Below are positions 39,260 to 47,917 of a DNA stretch of 57,812 nucleotides, piece by piece. Both the position numbers and the translations under genes were made by a program. Location of the stretch: assembly GCA_045862955.1 (NCBI GenBank), contig BTVI01000022.1, forward strand, positions 1 through 57,812, given 5' to 3'. Every line of letters begins with the position of its first letter. Position 1 is the stretch's first letter. This DNA comes from Fimbriimonadales bacterium. GTDB taxonomy: Bacteria > Armatimonadota > Fimbriimonadia > Fimbriimonadales > JABRVX01. Under the pieces are notes generated by a model, which saw nothing but the letters and a program-made list of their open reading frames with translations, made no database searches and had not been told where the DNA came from.

Positions 39260-40790
39260 TCTCGCCCGGGATTACGGGGAGAGGGCTAGGGTGAGCGGGT
39301 CCGGTCGCGCGCTCGGGGGCTCTCTGCATGCTCGGCGTGGGGTCGTGGGCGGCTGCGCTAAGCGAGTGGCAGCACTCTGCGCTGCGAATGGCATGAGGGA
39401 AAGTCTGGCTTCCCGCCTGCGCGGGAATCACCTCCTCCCGCCCCCGCCGGGGATGTCGGACACTAATACGCAGGCCGGGGCAGATGGGGGTAGTGTCTCC
39501 CTCCCTCTCCCTCTTTAGAGGGAGAGGGCTGGGGTGAGGGTGCTATCACCATGCGCGGACGTTGGGCGCCTCGACGTTCGGCTGGTCGGCTGCTCGCCGG
39601 ACGGGAGCTTGCCACCAGACGACAGCCGAAACGTCTAGGCATGTAATCGCTCACGTTGGGCTGGGTTCATGCCCCGGCCCGCGTCCGCCGACTAGCAACC
39701 ACCAGAGGCATGGCTCGAACCCAAGGACCGCGCCGGGGCTCAGACGCTCATACGCAGGCCGGAGGAGCTCGGGGTAGTGTCTCCCTCCCTCTCCCTCTTT
39801 AGAGGGAGAGGGCTGGGGTGAGGGTGCTATCACCAGCCCCTGACCTCGGGTGCCTCGACGTTCGGCTGCTAGGGTCGTCGCTGGGCGAGAGCTCGGTGGC
39901 AGACGGCAGCCGAAGCGTCTAGGCATGGACGTGCAGCCGTCCGGGACCGTCATGCTGAGCTTGTCGAAGCATGCCCTCGCTGCTGCCAACGGCGGACGCG
40001 GGCCGGGGCAGATGGGGGCAGTGTCTCCCTCCCTCTCCCTCTTTAGAGGGAGAGGGCTGGGGTGAGGGTGCTATCACCAGCCCCTGACCTCGGGTGCCTC
40101 GACGTTCGGCTGCTAGGGTGGTCGCTGGGCGAGAGCTCGGCGGCAGACGGCAGCCGAAGCGGCTAGGCATGTGAAAAACGTGCGGCCGGCGGTCCCATGC
40201 TTCGACAAGCTCAGCATGACGTCAGTCTCAGCATAGCGACAGTTCGCCACCCTCTGGCCTCGGGTGCCTCGACGTTCGGCTGCTAGGGTGGTCGCTGGGC
40301 GAGAGCTCGGCGGCAGACGCCAGCCGAAACGTCTAGGCGTGGGAAAACGTGCGGCCGGCGGTCCCATGCTTCGACAAGCTCAGCATGACGTCAGTCTCAG
40401 CATAGCGACAGTTCGCCATCCTCTGACGTCGGGTGCCTCGACGTTCGGCTGCTCGGGTGGTCGCTGGGCGAGAGCTCGGCGGCAGACGCCAGCCGAAGCG
40501 TCTAGGCATGGAAAACGCGCGGCCGGCGGTCCCATGCTTCGACAAGCTCAGCATGACGTCAGTCTCAGCATAGCGACACTTCACCATCCTCTGACGTCGG
40601 TTGCCTCGACGTTCGGCTGCTCGGGTGGTCGCTGGGCGAGAGCTCGGCGGCATACGGCAGCCGAAACGTCTAGGCATGGAAAAAACGTTGGCTTCATACC
40701 CTCGCTGCTGCAGTGCGGCGGACGCGGGCCGGGGCATGGAGACTCCGGTCCGTATTGTGATTCCCCCGAAGGCGGGACTCCACTGCAACC
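39260..40790. repeat. Mosaic REP-like cluster combining at least three palindrome families
   Basis: gcctcgacgttcggctg...cagccgaa(a/g)cgtctaggc hairpin x6 (39568, 39852, 40096, 40266, 40435, 40603); ccctctccctctttagagggagaggg x3; CGTC core x4; ~169-bp terminal units. Confidence 0.92.
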
Positions 40791-40869
40791 TGGCGGAGCG
40801 GCCCCTCTCAACAACGAGGGGCGACGGAGACGCCGCCCCTTCGCTCCGTAATCCGGAGTTCCGCCGCGC

Positions 40870-41016
40870 CTACTTTGCCGGACCGATTCGGAAGATCTTG
40901 CCTCCGCAGTCGGGGCATGTGCCCTTCACGGCAGGCTTCCCGTTCTTGAGCGTGGTCTTGACGGGGTCCTTGATCTCCTTCTGAGCCTTGCACTTGAGGC
41001 AGTAACCTTGCGCCAT
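40870..41016 (-). CDS. Small DUF5679-like zinc-ribbon protein (48 aa)
   Basis: MAQGYCLKCKAQKEIKDPVKTTLKNGKPAVKGTCPDCGGKIFRIG; aggagg RBS. Confidence 0.88.
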   Translation of the reverse strand: MAQGYCLKCKAQKEIKDPVKTTLKNGKPAVKGTCPDCGGKIFRIGPAK

Positions 41017-41162
41017 CGCCGACGCCTCCTGACGTAGGTCGAGGGTAGAGACCCGACACGTCGCCGAGGCCGGGGGTTGTGGGGCTACGGACCTCTTCCC
41101 GGAGTTCATCCGCCGCGCCGGTCGGCCGCTACACTCGTTTCAGGATAGCTTCTCCCTGCTTC

Positions 41163-42002
41163 CTAGGATTCCTGCGGGGTGTCTCCGATTTCGATGCACA
41201 TCCCGTCGTAGCCAGCTTGTACGCCGTGGAGTTCCAATCGCGCAACCAATTGCTCGTAGGTGAGACCACCTCGGTGGCAGTGATGGGTGGAGACCACGCG
41301 AGATGTCTCAGCGATCGCACCGCTCTTCATCAAGCGGTCGCGCATCCGCAGCACCATCTCGACCCCCATGTGACCGTTGTATTCGATCATCCGGTCCCCG
41401 TGAGCGCAGTCCACCACCAGAAGGTCGAGCGGCTTCGGAAGGCTTTCCACGGCATGCCAGGTTCGCTCCTCCCACCATCCGGTGTCGGTGGCGTACAGCA
41501 GAAGCGAGCAGCCGTCGTCTATCAGGAGATTCAGCGCATCCTCATCGCCGTTTTGATGCGTTGCGAGTAGGGCGGTTACTCGGTAGGGCCCGAGTTTCGC
41601 TGTCTCGAACGGTCGAATAACACGAGCTGGCAGGGACTCGGCCTCTGGGGCCATGCAGCGGATCTTCTCAACGAGCTTTGCGTTGGCGAGGATCTCCAGG
41701 CTCGGCGTGGTCTCCGTGGCGAAGGGTGGAAAGAGGTACTGGAGTTCCCTCGGTGCGAAGTGGTCGTCGTGCGAGTGGGTGTAAGCCAGCCACTTCCAAT
41801 CGGCCGGATTCAGTCGGTGCGTGTGCACTTGCGAAAGCGTGTCCGGCCCGAGGTCAATCTTCAGGCATCCGTCAACGAGCGCGGCGCTGCGAGAACGTGT
41901 CTCTCGCCCTCCGTGCTCCCGTGCGAATCGGCACACTGCGCAATCACAGAAAAGCGCAGGAATGCCGTCCGCCGCACCGGTGCCTAAAAGGAGAACTTTC
42001 AT
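41163..42002 (-). CDS. MBL-fold metallo-hydrolase (PhnP-like)
   Basis: LLGTGAADGIP, CDCAVC, THSHDDH, YATDT, GHM, THH. Confidence 0.92.
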   Translation of the reverse strand: MKVLLLGTGAADGIPALFCDCAVCRFAREHGGRETRSRSAALVDGCLKIDLGPDTLSQVHTHRLNPADWKWLAYTHSHDDHFAPRELQYLFPPFATETTPSLEILANAKLVEKIRCMAPEAESLPARVIRPFETAKLGPYRVTALLATHQNGDEDALNLLIDDGCSLLLYATDTGWWEERTWHAVESLPKPLDLLVVDCAHGDRMIEYNGHMGVEMVLRMRDRLMKSGAIAETSRVVSTHHCHRGGLTYEQLVARLELHGVQAGYDGMCIEIGDTPQES

Positions 42003-42667
42003 CGCGGGGCCCCAGCGAGTTCCTCCACCCACGGCCAAAGCAGTGCGCCGATGGGAGGGTAGAAGTCATGCGTGGCTGATCTGATCCAAACGGGGATGCC
42101 GCGCTCCTCCTCGGCGCGGCTCTGGAGGATCAGGTCGAGTGCCCCAGCGACCTCGCTGCCGGACATCTCGTCTGCCGCTAGTTCCACGGTCGCTTGCTCC
42201 AGGCCGAGGACGGAGCAGAGCGACCCCTGGGACGTGTCGTAGAGCGATCGAACGTCGAGCGGTGGCAGGCTGCGAGCTGCGAGGATGGGAAACTCGAGCA
42301 CCACGCCGAGAGCTTCGAGGCGGGCCTTCGCCTCGCGAATCTCCGTGGGTCTGGGATTCGCTCGCGGTACATGCGTCGGGGCCACGAGCCCGGCTAGTGC
42401 CAGCACTTCGTCATGCAGTCTCCAAGCGAATAGCATCGGCTCATGACCGCCCTCGAACACGCCTTCGCGTCTCCAAGCAGCGAGGAGAGAGGCAGCGCGC
42501 ATGTGTGCGACGAAGCGGCTACGGTCTGTCTCGCGTCGATCCACTTCGCTGAGCCGCAGTGCATAGGGTGTCTCGGGGTCGGCTGGCTCACAGAGCAAGA
42601 ACTCGGCAGCAGAACGTCCGCCGCGTGAGCTGGGCCAGAGTGCGCGGAAAGCGTGCAGGGTAGCCAC
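41999..42667 (-). CDS. Hypothetical protein; N-terminus reminiscent of DUF1015
   Basis: Overlaps both neighbours (coupled); MATLHAFRAL start and C-terminal DFYPPIGALL; family link weak. Confidence 0.6.
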   Translation of the reverse strand: MATLHAFRALWPSSRGGRSAAEFLLCEPADPETPYALRLSEVDRRETDRSRFVAHMRAASLLAAWRREGVFEGGHEPMLFAWRLHDEVLALAGLVAPTHVPRANPRPTEIREAKARLEALGVVLEFPILAARSLPPLDVRSLYDTSQGSLCSVLGLEQATVELAADEMSGSEVAGALDLILQSRAEEERGIPVWIRSATHDFYPPIGALLWPWVEELAGAPR

Positions 42668-42903
42668 TACCTGCTCCGCCGCCTCGTTGGACGCTTGTCG
42701 GGGGAACCGAGCAGCCCCTCGCGCACCGTATCGTCCAGCATATGCTGGATGAGGGGCTCACGGAAGTCGTTGAACACGCACAGCGCGCGGAGGCCGAGCA
42801 GCTGCACCACTTCCACCGCGTTCTCCTTGGTGTGCGGGTTCAGCTTGCCGGACCAGCACCCGTCTCGCTCGGGCTCGTACAGCGAGCAATCTCGGCAATC
42901 CAT
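42667..42903 (-). CDS. Small Cys-containing hypothetical protein
   Basis: 78 aa, CRDC..C..C, stop abuts the next start. Confidence 0.65.
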   Translation of the reverse strand: MDCRDCSLYEPERDGCWSGKLNPHTKENAVEVVQLLGLRALCVFNDFREPLIQHMLDDTVREGLLGSPDKRPTRRRSR

Positions 42904-43035
42904 CGGTTCTCGGGTCTAAGAGCGAATGCGGGCTCCCAGCCTGGCCCGCCTGAAAGGTGTGGGACACTAAGGATTATTCCCCGGAAGCGCACGGCTGCCC
43001 ACTATGCACGGGCAAAGCGGGCCAAACGGCCCCGT

Positions 43036-43629
43036 TCAGCGTGCGGTTAGGGCCTCGGAACGCAGGATGCCGATGTACGGCAGGTTGCGATACTGCTGGC
43101 GCCAGTCCAGGCCGTAGCCCACCACGAACAGATCGGGAATGTCGAAGCCTTTGTATCCGATGGGAACGTCGGCGATGCGCCTCTTCGGCCTATCGAGCAG
43201 CACGGCGACTTTCAGGGAGAGCGGTCCACGCCTCTCCAGGTTTCGGCACAAGTAGGCCAGGGTCAGTCCGGTATCCACGATGTCTTCGACGATCACCACG
43301 TGCTTGCCCTGGATGCTCTCGTCCAGGTCCTTGGTGATCCTCACCTCGCCGCTTTCGACATGCCTTCCGTAGCTGCTCACGGCCATGAAATCCATTGAGT
43401 TCGGGATGGTGAGGTGGCGTGCGAGGTCGGTCAGGAAGAAGACGCCTCCCTTCAGCACGGTGACGAGATGCACGCCCTCTTCGCCATAGTCGGCGCTGAT
43501 CTGGGCGGCGATGGCGCGAACCCGGCTCCGCAGGCGCCGTGCGGAGATGAGCACCTGGTCGGCGTCCGGATGGAGCAACATGGGATCGAATTCCGCGGCG
43601 GCGGGCCGATTCCTTCCTATCTTTTCCAC
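43036..43629 (-). CDS. hpt: Hypoxanthine phosphoribosyltransferase
   Basis: VLKGGVFFLTDL, DFMAVSSY, IVEDIVDTGLTL, FVVGYGLD, YRNLPYIG; start may be 43581. Confidence 0.96.
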   Translation of the reverse strand: MEKIGRNRPAAAEFDPMLLHPDADQVLISARRLRSRVRAIAAQISADYGEEGVHLVTVLKGGVFFLTDLARHLTIPNSMDFMAVSSYGRHVESGEVRITKDLDESIQGKHVVIVEDIVDTGLTLAYLCRNLERRGPLSLKVAVLLDRPKRRIADVPIGYKGFDIPDLFVVGYGLDWRQQYRNLPYIGILRSEALTAR

Positions 43630-43657
43630 TGTAACAAGTACGGACCGTCCGAACCTA

Positions 43658-43687
43658 TTGACACTCGGCGAATCGAGCGGCTACACT
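43658..43687 (+). promoter_or_regulatory. Sigma70-type promoter upstream of sigH
   Basis: TTGACA-18 nt-TACACT. Confidence 0.65.
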
Positions 43688-43739
43688 AGCGCCAACATAT
43701 TCCGTCCGCTTGACAGTTCTATGAATTCCATGGAAGAAG

Positions 43740-44390
43740 GTGGAGGGGAGCTTGGTCACCCCCGGTTTTCACCGCTCGAATGGTTTGTGTTTTCACCGCA
43801 TGCAGGACGAGGACGTCGTTAGGATTGCCCGGCGCGGCGACTACAGAGCCACTGAGTATCTGATTGCGCGATACCGCACGCTGGTCGAGAGCAAGGCGAG
43901 AGCGTACTTCCTAATCGGCGCAGACCGAGAGGACGTGGTCCAGGAAGGGATGATCGGCCTCTGCAAGGCCATTCGCGACTTCCGTAGCGATCGGCTCTCC
44001 AAGTTCCGGCCCTTTGCCGAGTTGTGCGTCACCCGTCAGATCATTACCGCCGTGAAGACGGCCACCCGCCAGAAGCACGGTCCCCTGAACGCCTACGTAT
44101 CGCTAAATCGCCCGGTCTCGGGCGAGGATACGGACGGTTCGCTGATGGATGTGATCCCGGACCGCACGAGCGCCGACCCCGAGGCGCTGCTGATGGTTCG
44201 AAGGCTACCCCCGAACTTGCACGAGGCCGTGCGACCGGTCTTGAGCGATCTCGAGGGGCGAGTTCTTCGATGCTATCTAGACGGCAAGTCGTATCGCGAG
44301 ATGTCGGTGGAGCTGAACTGCCACACCAAATCCATAGACAACGCGCTCCAGCGGGTGAAACGCAAGATTAGCATCATGTTCAAGGACTGA
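43740..44390 (+). CDS. sigH: RNA polymerase sigma factor SigH (Firmicutes sigma-H type)
   Basis: YFLIGADREDVVQEGMIGL, FAELCVTRQIITAVKTATRQKH, GKSYRE, KSIDNALQRVKRK; start uncertain. Confidence 0.93.
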   Translation: MEGSLVTPGFHRSNGLCFHRMQDEDVVRIARRGDYRATEYLIARYRTLVESKARAYFLIGADREDVVQEGMIGLCKAIRDFRSDRLSKFRPFAELCVTRQIITAVKTATRQKHGPLNAYVSLNRPVSGEDTDGSLMDVIPDRTSADPEALLMVRRLPPNLHEAVRPVLSDLEGRVLRCYLDGKSYREMSVELNCHTKSIDNALQRVKRKISIMFKD

Positions 44391-44478
44391 GCAGGGCAGA
44401 GCCTCCTGCCGAAATCTAGAGTGTGGGTGCAGAAATGCCCGGGCGCCCACACGTTCGGCGTATTCGGGAGGTCTGCCT

Positions 44479-45699
44479 ATGTCCATTCGGTCAAAGCTCC
44501 CCGCTTCAGGGGGCGGGCGTCTTGCTGTGCTGGCGGCCGTGCTAGCCGCGTTGGGTCTTGCCGGCTGCGGGGGGAGCGACAGCGATCCCATCACCTCCTT
44601 CTCCGGTCAGGTTTTCAGCAACGGAGCCTCTCGGGGTCGCGCTGCCGAGCCGCTCGCAGGAGCCGCTATCACCGTGACTCACTACGCCACGGGAGAGGTG
44701 TTGGCGAGCGCAACATCCGACGCGACTGGGCGCTTCGCGACTTCCGTGCGGACGTTGCCGCCTGGGACGCTGCTTCGGATCACCGCAACGGCGAACGCGG
44801 GCGGCGCGCTATCCATCCACTCGCTCGTCCCCATGCCGCGGAAGGGCGATGTGGTGCGGGCCGACCCGGAGTCCACCATCGCATACCTCGGCATCGCCCG
44901 GCTCGTCGAGGCCGGGGCTCCCAAGGCACTGATTGACAGCGAGGTGTACGACCAGGCGCTGAACGCAGTGCGCTCCGCAGTTGCAGGAGGGCTGATCGAC
45001 CTCGACACGGTGGACTTCCGGGACAGCGACGCAGTGGACGCGGCGATCGATGCGGCGATGGGACCGACCGCGCTCGTAACGAGCAATGCTCGGGCCAGGG
45101 TGTTCGTGGACGATGTTGACACGGGACGCTACGTGCCGTACCTGGCCACCAGACTGACACCCGGGGCTCACCTCTTCCGAGTGGAGACCAGCACGCGCGC
45201 GTCGGAGACTTCCACCAGCATAGCGACGGGTGCCGCTGCATGGGTCGACATCACCGTCATCAGCGGCGGGGGCGCGGTTCCCACCACCGCCAACTACGGT
45301 GGTGCGATGGCCTTCACCGTGAACGACGAGATCATCCAGAGTCCGGCGTCTGGCGTGAGCGTTCGAGAGGTTCCGGGCTTCCCGGATAAGCGGCTGGTCA
45401 CGATCAGCCTCTCGGGTGTGAACGAGTACCCTCTGAACAGGGCCATTCTGCTGAACGTGACCGCCGATGTGACAGGACCCGATACGCTGGCGGGCTCGGC
45501 AGGAACCGAGAGCGGATCGTTCTTGCGGGCCGACTTCGTGGCGAGTGCGGGGACCATCACCCAGTTCTCCGAGGAAGTGCAGGCCGGGATGGTCAGTCTC
45601 ACCTTCAACTCGGATGGTACGGTTAGCTTCTCGGTGAATGCGAACGGGACGCTGCTCACAGGCACCGCATCCGGCACACTGGCCAGATTCGGGCCTTAG
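44479..45699 (+). CDS. Predicted lipoprotein with beta-sandwich and PEGA-like segments
   Basis: Lipobox LAGC followed by GGSDSD; VTSNARARVFVDDVDTG...LTPGAH. Confidence 0.8.
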   Translation: MSIRSKLPASGGGRLAVLAAVLAALGLAGCGGSDSDPITSFSGQVFSNGASRGRAAEPLAGAAITVTHYATGEVLASATSDATGRFATSVRTLPPGTLLRITATANAGGALSIHSLVPMPRKGDVVRADPESTIAYLGIARLVEAGAPKALIDSEVYDQALNAVRSAVAGGLIDLDTVDFRDSDAVDAAIDAAMGPTALVTSNARARVFVDDVDTGRYVPYLATRLTPGAHLFRVETSTRASETSTSIATGAAAWVDITVISGGGAVPTTANYGGAMAFTVNDEIIQSPASGVSVREVPGFPDKRLVTISLSGVNEYPLNRAILLNVTADVTGPDTLAGSAGTESGSFLRADFVASAGTITQFSEEVQAGMVSLTFNSDGTVSFSVNANGTLLTGTASGTLARFGP

Positions 45700-45789
45700 A
45701 CTTGGGAAGACCGAGTAGCAGGGCGCCGGGGCCCGACGGGCCCAGGCGCCCGCCTTTCCCGGCCCCTCGGAGCCGTATAATCGAGGCCG

Positions 45790-47496
45790 ATGAGCTTTCG
45801 CGCCCCGTTCGACAGCACGGTGCTTGCCGCTGTCGTCGCCGAGTGCCGCTCGCTGGTGGGCGGCCGTCTGCAGCGAGTGTCGCAGCCCGATGAACACACG
45901 CTGTGCCTTCAGGTCTACTGCGGAGGGCCGCTGCTCGTGCTGCTGCTCTGCTGCGACGCGCAGTTCGCGCGCGCACACCTCACCGCGGTACGCCCGCATA
46001 ACCCTCAGCCGACCCCGGCTTTCTGCTCAATCGCACGCAAGTGGACCGAGAACGGGAGAGTAATGGACGTGCGGATGCGCGGGTTGGACCGCGTGCTAGA
46101 GATCGAGGTCGTGGGTGAAGGAGGACGCACGTTCACTTACGTTGGCGAGTTCATGGGCAAACACTCCAACGTCATGCTGCTGGACGACTCGGCGATGGTA
46201 CTGGGAGCGCTAAAGACGGTGAGCGCGAAGCAATCGCGCCGCCAGGTGCGGCCAGGTTTGCGGTATCAGCCGCCTCCGCCAATCGGCGGCCTAGACCCAC
46301 GGAGCCTCCCGGCCGAGGAAATGGATGCCCTGATCAGGGATGCCGAAGAGGTTGGCCCGGACTGGCTCAGACAGACCGTGCAGGGCGTTAGCCCGTTCCT
46401 CGCCGAACGCCTCTGGGAGCTCGCGGGGGCGTCCCGCGAGGGGCTTTCGAAGGCGTATGCCACCTGGCGAGAGGCACTGATCGGCAACACGTGGCGGCCC
46501 GTTGCCTACCGAGCTAAAGGCGGTGCGAGCCTCGGTGCCTATCCCATCGCGTTCCCTCCTCCTCCCGGGGTGACCTTGGCGGAGCGGCGTTCCATCTGCG
46601 AGGCGTTGGATGCGCACTACCTTTCGGTAGTGGCTGCCGGGAAGCTGGATCAGGAGCGAGCCCACTTGCGCACGTCCCTGTCCCGGGCGCTGTCATCCAC
46701 GGAGCGTGCGCTGGACGACGTGAGGGCACGACTGGCCGATAGCGATCATGCAGCGAGGTGGCAGTTGTTCGGCGAGCTAATCCTCGCCTACGCACACACG
46801 CTCGAACCCGGCGCCGCGAAGCTGCTTGCGCCGGACTACACGGACCCCTCCGGTACGGAGGTGGAAATCGAACTGGACGGCGACCTCACGGCCGCGGAGA
46901 ATGCCGAGCGATACTTCCGGAAAGCGCGCTCCGCAAGGCAAGCAGAACCGGCACTCCGAGAACGTCTCCAACTCCTGAGCCGAACCCGAGAGGACCTCGC
47001 GGCCCTCATGTCCAGACTGGAGGACCTGGGTCCACGAGAGTTGGCGGAGGCTCGGCACGAGGCGACGCTCCGCGGCTGGCTCCGCACGCAAGAGCCGCAA
47101 CGAGGTGAGAGGGAGGAGCGCCCCTTCGAGGGACATCGCATTCGCAGGGTGCGCACCGCCGAGGGGCTCGACATTCTGTACGGCGAGACTGCTACCGCGA
47201 ACGACTATCTCACGCAGAGGGTGGCCAAGCCGAACGACTGGTGGTTTCACGTGCGGGGCGGGGTGAGTGCGCATGCGATCATAGCGACGGGCAATCGCCC
47301 CGCCGAGGTGCCGCGCAGTGTGCTAGAACGTGCCGCCCGGCTAGTCGCCCGTAATAGCCCGGCGAAGCACTCGTCACTGGTCGCAGTGGACTACACGCTG
47401 CGTAAGTTCGTGCGCAAGCCGCGTGGCGCCGCGCCGGGCCTGGTCACCTACTCGCACGAGAAGACGCTGCACGTGTCGCCATCGGATGAGACCTGA
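45790..47496 (+). CDS. rqcH: Ribosome quality control NFACT/Rqc2 family protein
   Basis: PFD, LDRVL, EFMGKHSN, ENAERYFRK, NDYLT, DWWFH, VDYT..KFVRKPRGAAPG. Confidence 0.92.
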   Translation: MSFRAPFDSTVLAAVVAECRSLVGGRLQRVSQPDEHTLCLQVYCGGPLLVLLLCCDAQFARAHLTAVRPHNPQPTPAFCSIARKWTENGRVMDVRMRGLDRVLEIEVVGEGGRTFTYVGEFMGKHSNVMLLDDSAMVLGALKTVSAKQSRRQVRPGLRYQPPPPIGGLDPRSLPAEEMDALIRDAEEVGPDWLRQTVQGVSPFLAERLWELAGASREGLSKAYATWREALIGNTWRPVAYRAKGGASLGAYPIAFPPPPGVTLAERRSICEALDAHYLSVVAAGKLDQERAHLRTSLSRALSSTERALDDVRARLADSDHAARWQLFGELILAYAHTLEPGAAKLLAPDYTDPSGTEVEIELDGDLTAAENAERYFRKARSARQAEPALRERLQLLSRTREDLAALMSRLEDLGPRELAEARHEATLRGWLRTQEPQRGEREERPFEGHRIRRVRTAEGLDILYGETATANDYLTQRVAKPNDWWFHVRGGVSAHAIIATGNRPAEVPRSVLERAARLVARNSPAKHSSLVAVDYTLRKFVRKPRGAAPGLVTYSHEKTLHVSPSDET

Positions 47497-47917
47497 GGCT
47501 GCGATACACCGCTCCTGTGGCGCGTCAGCTTGTCACGCAGAGATCGCGAAGGACTCGCTACGGTCGCATGCTGGCAGCCGCCGACAGCCGGCGGACTGGG
47601 ACCGAGCTCGACCCCTTACGCGTTCTCCGCGGAGCTTTGCGCACTCCGCGTGAGATCCCAACCCGCCAGATCGGTGAAGCGCACGCAAAGCAGGAGGTCG
47701 AGAATGCGCTGCCCAGTTTGTCACGCAACGGCCACAATGGGTTCGCCGAGATCCCAGTAGCACGCTCGAGGTGCTCGCAGTGCATCGGAATACTCTGGGC
47801 CTCTCGTGCCAGCCAACCCCCAGTCTCCCAGGCCGCGGAACAGAGCTGCATCTGGAGCTACCTCGGGTCGAGAGGTACGTGCAACCCGGGCCGCCGGTCG
47901 GGCGGTACACTCTCAAT

